Positions 25,873-38,363 of a stretch of 64,000 nt of DNA are shown here, piece by piece. Position numbers and translations under genes: made by a program. Below the pieces are notes generated by a model that was not told the DNA's origin, did no database searches, and saw only the letters and a list, made by a program, of their open reading frames with translations. The stretch comes from Utricularia gibba. Taxonomy: Eukaryota; Plantae; Magnoliophyta. The stretch lies in the NCBI GenBank assembly GCA_002189035.1, contig NEEC01000002.1:3162001-3226000 (forward strand), given 5' to 3'. Each line of letters begins with the position of its first letter. Position 1 is the stretch's first letter.

Positions 25873-27479
25873 CAAGCTAGCCCTGGGCCTCCTGTTCGTG
25901 CCTTTCAGCCAGCTTCCAGATGAGAAGGGCCTCCTCTCCTCCTCTCCTCTGGATGATCGGAAAGCTGCGCCGGTGTACATAGCAAGCATTCTGATGTGGA
26001 TGAATCATGTGGCAAACCTGCCCGTCCGCTCGTTGTCGTCGTCGTATAGATGCAGTAGTACAGCAAACAAGGTGTCGGTCAGTCAGTCCGTCAGGTCTCT
26101 GGGTATAACAACAGAGTGGCTGGACTGCTTCCACGGAGGTGGAGGTGTCGAAATTCCATGCAGACGCCATACGGAAAGCCGACGGGTGCGGTGGTTCGTC
26201 CGACCTAAGAAGACGATGAGATGTTGGTATTATTAGATTGATTGTAAAAATTTATTGAATGAAGGGCATTCCATTTGGGCGAGGGACTGTAGGATATGAG
26301 GAATCATCTTGTGTGACTACTTCCATTTGGGTGGCTGGATAGCCCTAATCAACTTCATCCAGCTAAATTGCAAGTTGATCTCGAGCAGTATGAATGACTG
26401 GTATCTAAGGTCATTTTAAAAAGTTGCTATCAAACCTTTTTCTCTTACACACTACCATCAAAATTTTCTAACACACTCAAATGAGAATGGGAGTTAATTT
26501 GATAAATGGTCATCTCTCTCTACTGAAATTTGAGACATGATCATTTCCCAAAAACTCTTTGCAATTTGGCCATTTTGAAAATGACTCATTAAAAGAAAAT
26601 CGTTTTTTATTCAAAGTCAGTGTATATACATGGTATATTGAATTTTTTTAATTGTCTATTTTCAAAGAAAACCTAATTTCGTTGATGAATATATATAATT
26701 ACATAGTATTGTATATAATAGTATAAAATATGCAACAATAATGAATGAATTGTTATATAATTTACAAATACAAAAAATAATAACACCCTATTGTAGTTCA
26801 TTATTTGTATAAATAATGAAAACCATTTCTCAAATTGACCTTGAGAATGGTGAAGTTTGTAATACACTCCTTGTATTCATCTCAATTAATGCAAATGAAG
26901 TCTTATCATTTGTTTTCTGAATTTGATTTGAGTCAATTTATTATTTTTTAATATATATTATTATGCATGTATATTAAAAAATCATTTTAAAATTTTGTAT
27001 CTCATCCTATCAACCCTAGTCTAGTGATTTTTTTGGCAAAATTTCACACTCTTCTTTCTCTCTAGTTCTTAACATTCTCTTCTCAAATTCCAAACCTTTC
27101 TCTTGGATTCTAGTCATGGCTAGTGAACTTTTGACCCTCGAGTGATGCAAAAGGATTTAGATGTGTTATATTTTATGGTGTACAGATGTTTGGACTATGA
27201 TTTTAAATGATTAGTTTTATATTTATTTTAAAATGGAGGAGGAAGAAGGGTAAATTGGAAAAAAAATGTGTTTGCTTTAAGTTGAAACGTACTCTATATT
27301 AAATTTTTGGTCAACCTGTATATGCGATTTTAATTTATCTTATATATGTTTTAAATTAAACTACTTGTTTCATATTAACAAACACAGATATTAAATATAA
27401 CACATTTCAAAACTAGTATTTAACTATCTATTAAACAACACAAAGTCTACATAAATCTATCTGTTGGTGGGATGTATTA

Positions 27480-29320
27480 AAATTGCCACCAAGATGTTTA
27501 TGGAGTAAATTTGACATTAAAGGACAAATGATGAGCATGCAAACTTAAAACACTCAATTGTGTAAGCCATGAATTTGTTAGAGGATTAAAATCACATACC
27601 ATGAAGAAACCAGAACATATTAATGATATTTCATTAAGAAATGGGAAGGATTTACCTTAACTCTTACCCAAGATTCATAATTAAGATTAACAGATCAAAG
27701 AAAAAACGGGTGGTTGGAATTTTTGAACAATGATGATGATATCAATTAGGTGATTATTTATGAAAAGATAATCTATCGGTTTAAGATACCATTGCTTGAA
27801 GACCACTATAAATTATTGAGGAGGACATTAAAGAGGTTCATAATATCAAGTCATTAGTTATTCCTTTATCGTTTCGTATGGGGTTTCAAAGAAAAAAATA
27901 AAGATAAACTTGGATTGAAAGAATTCACGGATATAATAATGAAGAGAGTTAATATGAAAATTCTTGTGCTAGACATGATAAAGCAAGTGCAAAAATATGC
28001 AAAAATATTGAAGTATCTATGTGATCCATCTAGTACATGATAATTTAGAAAATTAGTTATCATATTTTTATCTTTCACACACTACAAATAAATTTTGTAA
28101 TATACGATGATCATTTTTCTCACACATTTAAAATACAATGACTACTTTTTAATATATCTGAAGAGACTAATAGTTATTATGATAATGGACAAGTAATGGA
28201 CTTCATTTTGGATAAGACTATAAAACATTGAAACCATATGAATAAGATATGTTTCATCTCTACATAGTAAGCACATGTAGAACACTTAAAAATAATTCGT
28301 GAGATAAATACCCTTTGCTCACATACATTACTTACATTGAACACTTCATTTTTTTATCCTGAGATCTTGAATAAAAAATTAATATTCATGATGTTGATTT
28401 TCTTGACTTAAGAACATTTATAAACGGCTGGTAGTTTGATATATCAAAAGATGGTTGTCCAACAATTGAAGTTGATAAATTGAAAATGTCTACGAAACCT
28501 TATACCTCATTGATTGGCAGTTTTATGTATTTGGAGGTATGCACTCATTCGGATATTGCATTTGCTTTAAGTGTGTTGAGTAGGTTTCTTATTGACCTGG
28601 AAAAAAGACATTGGGAGACAACAAAGTACACACCTCGTTATTTGAAAGCTACCAGATCAATGGAATTGGTTGACAGACAAAAAGAGTTGCAACTTGTATC
28701 TTACACAGATTCTGATCTAGCTGAGGATGAGGGTACAAGAAAATCAACTTCTGGTTTGTTAGTTTATTGGCTGGAATTTCTATGTCTTGACAAGCGAGAC
28801 TTCAACATTGTGTTGCCTTCTCATGAAAGGATGTTATTTGGATTACAAGATTGGTTGCAGAGATTGGATGTGATGGAATGAAGCACATGCTTTTGTATGA
28901 CAATCAAAGTGCTCATGAGCTGAAGTTATGCAGGGTGAAGGCAGAAAGGAACTCAACTGATATGTTCACCAAGTATGTTCCTTGAAGAAGCACTGTTTGT
29001 ATCATTCTGATGGATGACTAGGAACCAAAACTCATGCATTGGATGGAGGGAGAGAATGATGAAATGGGCGAGCTCATGTCTAATGCCTTTAAAAACAGAG
29101 GAGTCTTGTCCTCACATACGTAAATGAGAGATGGTCCCAACTGCAGGTGCGGTGCACTCGAGGAAAACAACAAGAGGAAGCTTATTATCCGTATTTGTTT
29201 GCTTGTGACGAAAGGGTTGTAAGACCATCTTCCCTTCTGGTTGAGGGATATATTATGGCCTTTTTTTTTCCAGATCCGACAAGTTTGGTTTATGTAACTT
29301 AAAGATTTGCTTCTTCATCT
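27480..29320 (+). mobile_element. Degenerate Ty1/copia retrotransposon (RT-RNaseH, PPT, 3' LTR)
   Basis: 28480-28881 reads PYTSLIGSFMYL..HSDIAFALSVLSRF..YTDSDLAEDEGTRKSTSG, followed by an NSTDMFTK-like pol end. A purine tract ggatggagggagagaa (29041-29056) precedes TGATGAA (29057), and a degenerate inverted end TTCATCT lies at 29314-29320. Confidence 0.75.
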
Positions 29321-30309
29321 AGTTATTTATTAATATATAAATTTTAAATTAAGAATAATCTATTTTATGAATGAAAACCCATCCTGGACAGGCCATCGTG
29401 GTTTATTAAGCCAAGCGAAGCCAAGAGGATGTGCCGCGTGATGCATTGACTCAGTTTCCCATAATATTCTTTTTTTCAAGTACAGGTCGCTGTCGTAGGT
29501 GTTGTGTCGGGTGGGCTCCATCCTCATCCCCATCCCCAAGGACAAACCCCATTAATGTATAATAATCCAGTTCTGTCGTTTCCACTTAATAAAATATACC
29601 ACAATAATTCTTTACTTTATTCCCCCAAACAAATTAACTGATTGATTTTGGAAAACTTTACATAAATAACATTAGTCAATAAATATAATACATTAATAAT
29701 ATTATACATTGTTAGTAATAACGCTTTGTATATCACGTCGTCATTGATGACACTTGAAAACACATGCCATCATTGATGATACTTTAGAAATATGTACACC
29801 AGAGTGTCATCAATCATGGTGCTTAGGAATCGACATAGCATGGCACCATCTTTCATAGTAAAAAGGTAATGAAATGGCATAGCAAGTCAACGAGATGCCA
29901 TTGAGAATGAGAGGAGAGTATGCAGCCATTTATCATCTTTCATATATTGCATGTTCAAAATTTTGATCAAAAAATATTTTAATTACAGGGGTGATATTAT
30001 TAAATTTTTATATATTTCTTTTTATATTCGTAGGTTTTGACATTTAAATTTTTTTGATTGCACGAGAACAATTAGGTTACTTATTTAAATTTTTTTATTG
30101 TTTGATTAATTGTTTTATTTATTAATTTATCATAGTTTTTTTATTGCATATATGATACTTATAAATTTGTTTTTAATTTTTGTATATATTAACGTAAGAT
30201 TTTTTTATGAATAATATGTTATTATTATTATTTTTATTATTAACTAATATATTTTATCTATTAATTTATTATACTATTTCTTGTTAAATATGTAATGTTT
30301 TTTTTTGTA

Positions 30310-30800
30310 GATTGACATATCCTCATGTTCAAAAGTTCATGATCTTGAGGATCTGAGCCTGTTGGATATGCACAAGCAACACATTATTTATGGTCAATTA
30401 CATGGATCAGACCGTAAAACGATACAGTTCAAACACATATACAAATTCTTGGCAAGCATATCGTGGGAGAAGAGGACTGCGATATATCTTGATATTGGGG
30501 TTTTTATGAGGTTCTTAAGACATTACGAATGGAACTAGACCCGAATCTATTCACAGCTCTAGTAAAGAGATGGCGTCCAAAGACGCACACCTTATTATTA
30601 CCATGTGGAGAGGCAACGATCACTCTCCAAGATGTTTCTATGCTATGAAGGTCTTCGTATTGATGATATACCGATAATTCACACTTGCACAAAACGCACA
30701 ACACAGCAATGGCGTGAGCTATGTGTCAAAAAGTTTGGATGGAAGCCCGAGAAGACCTTCATTGTTGGTGATTCACAGTTCATTATGACTGACCTTTAGA
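30310..30800 (+). pseudogene. Plant mobile domain (PMD, MAIN-like) fragment in a MULE-like remnant
   Basis: Reads [40 protein letters not shown], then frameshifts into GLRIDDIP..WRELC..FG, matching the PMD core [27 protein letters not shown]. Confidence 0.85.
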
Positions 30801-31726
30801 CATACATTGATGATACATACATTGCTATCAAAGCGGAGACTCTTGAGAAGGAAGTTGTATGTCCCGTAGGTGCTCCTTTAGACATACATTGACCTTTAGA
30901 CATACATTGGTGCTCCTCCCATAGGTATACTTCTGCACCCGCATTTTTTTATGATGACCTAATATTTCTAAAAACATGCAAACCATCTCCAGAACGTTAC
31001 ATATTTTTCAGCCTTTAAGTTAGAACGATTTTTTAATAGGCTACATAAAACACCCAACGCATCTCAGCTGATTCTCAAATTCTCAATGGATGCGCTGTTC
31101 ACATCACTCACCAACCTACTAATAAACTCAACTTATCTAGGAATCTTGTATGTAAGTGAATACTTGCGTCTCAGCCTACATCCCCTACGGTATTTCCTCC
31201 AATGTAAGTATACTAACACATTCATCTGCACCAAATATTCAGTCAAAACTGCCGCTACCGCACTCAATATGACATGACACTCCATGAGAAAATCCATGTC
31301 CACTCAACAGTCACCAAAATTGAGCAAAATAGTTCACTGAAACAACATCACATATTCTGAAATTGGAAATTTACAGATGAAAATCCACTATGTGGTGCTG
31401 TCATGGTTGACCCCTCGCGGTGCTACGTGGACCAACTCACCAAGAACAGAAACATACTTACCGAAAGACCCACCCTCTTGCGCTCGAATAGGCGATGTCA
31501 CTAGCAAAGCACGAACAAATTCTGGGTTGTAGACTTGCGTTCAAATGTAATTCACGCAAGGTCAAAAGTGGAAGTGCCTAGCTGGGTTTAACTAAACCGA
31601 CCCCCCCCCTGAAACCACCTGAAACCACGAACCAAACGTGGGTTTATGACTAAACCTACGTTACAACCCACCTAAACCAAGCAACTAAACGCACTTTAAA
31701 AGTTTCTATGGTCGTTGTTGTTGCAG

Positions 31727-32475
31727 AAGCAACTCCTAAGCTTGTTCTCCAGTTCATGAATGTGAAGGGGCTCACTATTTCCCATGTCAAGAGTCACCTC
31801 CAGGTTCGCTCTCATTCTCTCCTGAGCCACGGCATGTGTCGTCTCCCCTGAACTTGATTGGTTTTGGACTTGTGCCTGGAAAACAGATATACAGGAGAAG
31901 CATGAAGAGCAAGGAAGGTAATGTGTGTGTGTGTATGTAGGCACATGCATTTAGTTGATGTGGGGTGCGTACACGTTCTAATTAGCCAGTGGTGGGTACC
32001 TTTTTTGCAGGAGAGAAACGTGGGGAAGATGACGAAGAAGAAGAACAGGAGGAAAGTCTGATTCCTACAGCAAAACGGTGACGACAACTTGAAAATGTCG
32101 CTTTCCTTTTTCCCCTGTGTCCGGGTTCTTGATTTACTCGCACTTCTAGGGCAACAATCGAGAAGAGGAGTTGGAGGCAGAGAGGGAGGGACCTTTCGGG
32201 GCTCGTTCATTCGTCCGTACACCAATCATGAGGTTGTAAAGGCAAGGATGGATTTTTCAGACTTTTGAAGCTAATGATTTAATTCTTAGAAGTATTCTGT
32301 GGCGGTTGCAGCGCGGAGGGGTGTTGGGGACTTGTCTCTTGCACTGTCGCTGAACCATCGCCCATCTGCGAATGCTGCTTCGTCATCTGCTAGTGAACTC
32401 ACCGAAGCTACTTCTCCGTTTTCAACGTCGTCTCCGGTGCTCGGGTTGAGCCTCGCCGTCGGGAAGCGGTCGTGA
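31727..32475 (+). pseudogene. GARP/G2-like MYB transcription factor (At2g02060/At1g14600-like), first coding exon absent
   Basis: AG-flanked exon 31727-31803 encodes ATPKLVLQFMNVKGLTISHVKSHLQ; the next exon encodes IYRRSMKS; the C-terminus GDLSLALSLNHRPSANAASSSASELTEA..LGLSLAV is typical of the subfamily. No LRWT exon was found upstream, and the downstream exons do not join cleanly in frame. Confidence 0.7.
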
Positions 32476-32832
32476 TGCAGTCCTCCAACGCTCTTTCAAT
32501 CAGTGATCTCGATCCAGTTGAAGACATATATGTCTATGCAAAGACAAGGCATGCAAAAGCCAGGTGGCAACTAATAATGAACATGATGTAAGAAAGGGAA
32601 GCGGAATGCTTGTGTGCTGTGTGCGTGTGCGTGTGCGTGTGCGTGTGTGACATGCATCCTTCGACTTTGATGTCTCAGTTGATGATTTACATGGCAAATA
32701 AAATGCTACTGGTACAGAAGAAGGAGGACTATCTAACGAAGCTGCGGATTGTACAACACGTAAATGGCATCCAAGGGGGAGATAAATAGCAGAGTTACAT
32801 TGAATACGCAGAGCAAAGAGAGAAAACCTTGG

Positions 32833-35413
32833 TCACAATCCTAACCTCTTGCTGCCGCACTCCGAGCAGAACTTGGATGTGTCCCGGAGGTAAGGGACTC
32901 CACATTGATCGCAGAATTTTGCAGGCGAGGATGGCTGAACAATAACAGAGAATGAGTGCATTACTAAGAAGCATAAAGAAAATATCGTCATTCTGTCACA
33001 CGCAAAAATGCTATAGGTGAAAAGAGTTCCGTAGGTAAAAAACAGTGGCAAAGGAAGCTCATGTTTGTTTCATTCATTGGGTAGTTTGAAGGAAGGATCA
33101 CGAGAAAAGAGAAGTGAATCGCACCATGGGATGCAGTCGGCTTCCAACATGACCAATGGACTGCAGGCAACCTAAATGTTGAGCGATCGCAGAAGGCTGG
33201 TGGTGGTTTTGGCTGAGTTCCGGTAAGTGATGAGGCCCAGATGCATGGTTGTGCATAAAATGAGGACTTTGAGCAATATGATGCTGGTTCAAATGTTGAA
33301 ACTGGGCTTGAGATACAAGCATTTGTAATTGCCGCTTCGGTGAATTTTGCTCGGTTTCCTAAGCAAGCAATCAAAATTCAAAGGATCATGGATAGATATG
33401 GATGTATCAGTGCTGACTGACAGCAGAGCTCCTCACCTCAGTTGGCTGGTGATACTCTTGTGAAATAGCGGCCGAGGAAGAGTTTTGTGGACTTGGGAGC
33501 ACCTGGACGCATTCCAGAAGTATGACTAAATTTAACAACAACTGGTGGGAAAGAAGCCTTTAGATCTTAGAAACTCACACACAAGCCAGGTATATTGGAG
33601 ATGGAGTTGCATACACCACGCCTGTACTTGTGCCTTGGAGCATAAAATTTGTAGTCTCCCGCAGATATAGCAACTTGATTCCTTCCGGTCAATCTTTTGA
33701 ACCTTTTGATATATTAGAAGCATGATGATCATAAATTACTAACAGGAATACTCGACAAGCTTTAATGAAAAATCAGGCAAAACACTGCATCCATGATCAT
33801 GAAAGGACGTATACATAAAGGTTAATCACCATAGCAGATTTATATTCACACATCCGTGAAAAAGAAACGACAGGAACTTACCATTCTGCATCATCCTGAC
33901 ACATTTTTGTAGGCTTTTCAACAATAGCTAAGCCATTCACCACGACAAACCTAACACGCTTCTCATCATGTATCACCAACTCTGGGAACCTGGATCTTGT
34001 TTCGAACGAAGTAGCAAGCTCCCTTCTCTTAAATGTACAAGAACCTATGTGGAAGACAAGCCAACTTCCGTGAGGGCCTAAAAAAAAGACTAGTACTCAA
34101 GCTACCCAGCACAATAAACATCAAGACCGCAGAAACAACAGAAGAAACAGAGGAGCGAAAAGTAACTGATAGACCAGTATAGGGAATCAATGAGATGTTG
34201 GGGGTTCGATTAACAAACATGATGCCAGTGTGTGGTCTGTCATGCACATTATGTGCGTTTCTCACCCAAAAACACAAAAAAAAGTATTTGGAACTCTCTT
34301 AAAGAATTAAGTTTTAACCTCAAAAGCTCCTTATCAAGGGATAGAAAATAAATATACCTTTCCTTGGAAACTTTTTTGCAAGCTTCCGGTACAGACCACC
34401 GGCTGCTTCAAGTGCCACACCGATAGTCTTTTCACGGATGCCACTAAGAGATGATAATCTTATGTTAACCTCATTGACTAACGTCTCATACAAGTTAGCA
34501 ATATACATCAACGGCAAAACATATCGTGCGTCGCCTTCATAGCGGACCTCTCTTGTTTTCCTCTTGCTTATGTTGTCTTGAGAGGACTGTTGCAGGATGT
34601 AATCAGTATCGTAATCCGTCATCTCAATCACATGTGAATCAAGAAAATGGTTTACAACGATCTCCAGAAACCTTGCCCGGGCAGTTTCAATAGGAGAAAC
34701 ATCTGACATTCAAAAATAAAAGCTGAGCAACCACCAGATAACTGCAAAAAAATTCAACACCAAAAAAATTACTAGTAGTCCAAAAGAGCAATAAATGGAA
34801 CCATCAATCGTCAAGTGGGTATATGTGCAACTTGAAGATCCATTATTTTCAAGACTGCTCCTATCATCATCTACACTCATGTTACGGAAAGGCAAAGGGT
34901 TCTGATACGCCTCATGCATGCATTCCTGCACAACGAAAGAGCTCTTTAAATTTAGAGACGATAAGACAACATTTACCTCGTTTGATAATCCAATCGTCTG
35001 GCGTGTTCTAGCAATGTCCACTCTAAGCAACTTATACTATTCGTTTCTACTTATTTTATTCTTACAATTTTACTGCAGCTAGTTGTTACTGTGACCCAGA
35101 ATAGTCCTCGTTAAACAACCATCACCAACTCAATGAGCAAAAATTAATCAACTAGACAGTCAAAGCTAGAAGCCGAATAGAGTGCTAATTCAAATTCCAT
35201 ATCAAGTAAAAACACAATACACGCCGGAAAAAGCAAGTAAAAGTTCGCACAAACCCCGACAACGGCAGACGAGCGGTCGTCATTATCATGATTTGCGGCG
35301 TCAGGGGAGGGATGATCGCCGGTATTGAGGTCATGCAAAGAGGTTCCGATGAAGGAATTGGCGGCGGCTGTGAGATCGTAGTGGTTCACCGGAACCCTGC
35401 TCCTGCTCCCCAT
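32833..35413 (-). CDS. Uncharacterized At2g02148-like protein with C-terminal CxxC-CxxC zinc ribbon, 8 exons
   Basis: SFIGTSLHDLN, DVSPIETARARFLEI, LPLMYIANLYETLV, GVALEAAGGLYRKL, KRRELATSFETRSRFPELVI, WFKRLTGRNQVAIS, PAKFCDQCGVPYLRDTSKFCSECGSKRLGL. Exons join in frame. Confidence 0.92.
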
Positions 35414-35948
35414 TGGGAGCAGCTTCTGGAAACCAGTAAATAAAGCAGGGAAAAGGAAAGGATTGGAGAAGCTCCAACGGATATACGGAGGAACAACGCT
35501 CGGGGTCGGGACTTCCGTTGCGGAATCCCGAGCCTACACCACGGATATGGCCTGACCTCTCGTACCAAGTTCTCAAATCTTCGAATGAGAAAAAGTAAAG
35601 TACAATAAAACCATAAAACCTAAGTGGGTGTGCTTCGGTTTCTTTCTTTTCTTTTTTCTTTTTTTTTAAATAATATAATATATTAATTTCCATTTCTGAA
35701 ATTTTATTTTACACATCAAATACTTATTTAAAAAAAAAAAAAGAAGAAGAAGAGCCGCTTCGAAGCCGGCAGCCATCGTCGGAGTTTACGAGGTTACAGA
35801 CTGCCGCGCCACAACCTCCGATCTCAACCGTTGTAAATCGAACGCCTATATCATCGACAAATAGTGGTGATCGCTTGGGAAAGCCACCAATTCGGTGGAT
35901 ACCCCGATAACCGAACTACCTTCTGTTCCAACGAACACAAGGGTAAAT

Positions 35949-37558
35949 ATGTTCCACCATTCCATTCCCAAGGTATCCGATTCTGCATTTTCTGCATTCG
36001 CGTCGCTGCACGGTCAGGAAAGAGGTCCAATTTCCGTTCGCTTTGGTATCCGCTGTGAAATCCACCTGGAACTAGATCCAATTGAAGGAAAAAGGCGTAG
36101 CATGGGGCTCCACACTGGTCGGGATCCCGATATGAGGAAGCCTGGATGGCTACGGCAGAAGGCGCCTCAGGGGGAGAAGTATGAGGAGGTGAAGGAGTCA
36201 ATCTCTAGACTCAAACTCAACACAGTTTGCGAGGAAGCCCAGTGCCCCAACATCGGAGAGTGCTGGAACGGTGGCGCCGATGGTATCGCCACGGCCACAA
36301 TCATGTTGCTTGGGGATACTTGCACAAGGGGATGCAGATTTTGCGCAGTGAAGACAAGTAGGAACCCTGCGCCTCCTGATCCCATGGAGCCGTACAGCAC
36401 TGCTCAGGCCATTGCGAGCTGGGGGTACTTGTTCTACTGTTCTTTATTTACTAGTGAAGAAGTTCATAATAGTGATTTCTGCATTCTTTTTTCATACTAC
36501 AGTGTGGATTACATCGTACTAACTAGCGTTGATCGGGATGATCTTCCTGATGGTGGAAGCAGTCATTTTGCAGAAACAGTCAAAGCTAGTAAGGTTTGGA
36601 TTCAAGATACTCCATTTTGGTTCACATTCGTTGAGTTTTCTCTGTCTCTTTGCCACTGGGGATCTTTAAACTCATGAACCATTTGGACATTTCATTTTGC
36701 TAGAGTCTCAAACCTGATCTTATGATTGAGTGCTTGACTTCGGATTTCCGAGGGGATTTGAATGCTGTGGACACTCTGGTTCATTCTGGGCTGGATGTAT
36801 TTGCTCATAACGTTGAAACGGTGAAACGACTGCAGCGGATTGTCAGGGATCCCAGAGCTGGGTGAGAACCTTTTCATTAGTTCATCCAACCGTGTTTGAA
36901 AGCCATTTCACACGATATAGTAGAAGGTTCGATTGTAATTTGCTACTGTGGTTAATGCTGCCAGCTACGACCAAAGTCTAGCGGTGCTGAAGCATGCAAA
37001 GCTGAGCAAGGAAGGAATGATAACAAAATCATCCATAATGCTGGGACTTGGCGAAAAGGATGATGAAATAAAGGAAGCCATGGCCGATTTGAGGGCTATT
37101 GATGTCGATATTTTGACACTGGTCAATATTTGCAGGTGAGCCATCAAAGATCCCTTTTCATTTTCACCTGGAGTATGAATGAAACAACACGTGTACTTCA
37201 AATAGTTTGTATTATGCTTTGGCTCGCAGCCCACACCATTACATCTTACTGTCAAGGAGTATATCACCCCAGAGAAGTTTGCATTTTGGAAAGACTACGG
37301 CGAGAGCATTGGCTTCCGATACGTCGCCAGCGGACCCTTGGTAACCTGGCACTACTCTATTCATTGGACCCAATGAAACCGAATCACCCTTGCACACTGC
37401 CTTCGCAAACTTAGCATTTTTCCTACTTGGGAACAGACATTGTCGACTAGTTTCTCACCTTTGCTGTGTTTCTTTCCAAGGTTCGATCTTCTTACAGAGC
37501 TGGGGAGCTTTTTGTCAAGGCTATGGTGAAGGAGAGGGCCAGGAACTCATATTCGTGA
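35949..37558 (+). CDS. LIP1P: Plastid lipoyl synthase (radical SAM), 6 exons. Apparent 1-nt frameshift at 37121-37122.
   Basis: Ser-rich transit-peptide-like N-terminus; [12 protein letters not shown] auxiliary cluster motif; CTRGCRFC radical-SAM motif; [12 protein letters not shown]; VRSSYRAGE. Confidence 0.96.
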
Positions 37559-37741
37559 GTCTTTTCTGTACTCCCAGAACAAATTTTACCATTTCCTGAA
37601 TCGCAGACAATAGCTTGAAAGTAATTGATGCTCTGACCTCATTACCTTTCAGTTTTTTGTAAACACTAACAAAATCTAAACAAGCAACTGGAAACCGAAC
37701 AACCAGATCACAGACTTGAAATTGAAGGGGCTAGAAATGCC

Positions 37742-38164
37742 CTAAGAATCAAGCTTTGATGTTGAAATCTCTCTGCTCATTTGGCTTTCTTCTTTTTCTA
37801 CTGAATCATTCTTCGTCTTCTTCCTCTTCTTCTTTTTTCTCTTCCCTTCGTCATCACTAACCTTCACCTCAGCTTCCAAATCCCTGCCAAGATCAGTTTT
37901 TTCTCCTCCAATTCTCGATTCGACCTCCTTCTCTAATGATTCCAGCCCCACGCCATTATCATTCTGAGAAGCTTCTCCGTCCGATTTCGCGGATCTACTC
38001 TGCAACTGGAGCAACCAACCGTACGCCTCGACGGTGCGGTTGAGGTAATTGTTCACGACGGGGGAAGTGACGTACCCCGCGGCGGCGAAGCGGGAAATCA
38101 GCTTCGAAGCGCGAGCCAGAGAGATGGGCTTGGAAGAAACTAACTCCATCCCCACCCTCTTCAT
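37742..38164 (-). CDS. Intronless K/E-rich uncharacterized protein (At5g60030/At1g75335-like), 140 aa
   Basis: N-terminus MKRVGMELVSSKPISLARASKLISRFAA..SPVVNNYLNRT matches the family motif (MKTVxGxVVSxxPISLSKAAxxLSxF..VSAYLRRA), followed by an acidic linker and KRKKKKRKKTK. Site II motifs lie upstream. Confidence 0.8.
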   Translation of the reverse strand: MKRVGMELVSSKPISLARASKLISRFAAAGYVTSPVVNNYLNRTVEAYGWLLQLQSRSAKSDGEASQNDNGVGLESLEKEVESRIGGEKTDLGRDLEAEVKVSDDEGKRKKKKRKKTKNDSVEKEESQMSREISTSKLDS

Positions 38165-38363
38165 CTTCCTCAGGCCACTCCAACCGCCGCCGGAATCGCT
38201 GCAACTTCCTGCCTTTTTATTTTCGCCCTCAGAGAAAATAAACCACCTATTTCGAAATTTTTTATTGTTTTCTTTGGGCCATTACTGCAGAAACAATTTG
38301 GGCTTTTTTTTTGAATATTAGACCCCCATTACCCCAAGAAGCTCAAGGTTTTTTATGAGGAAG

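Noticed and set aside
37995-38204. Alternate-frame ORF (..EDEEGGDGVSFFQAHL..), also open in the duplicate at 41450-41698
   Set aside because: It lacks an ATG start and is a by-product of the GC-rich main frame. Staying open over about 70-80 codons is not significant.
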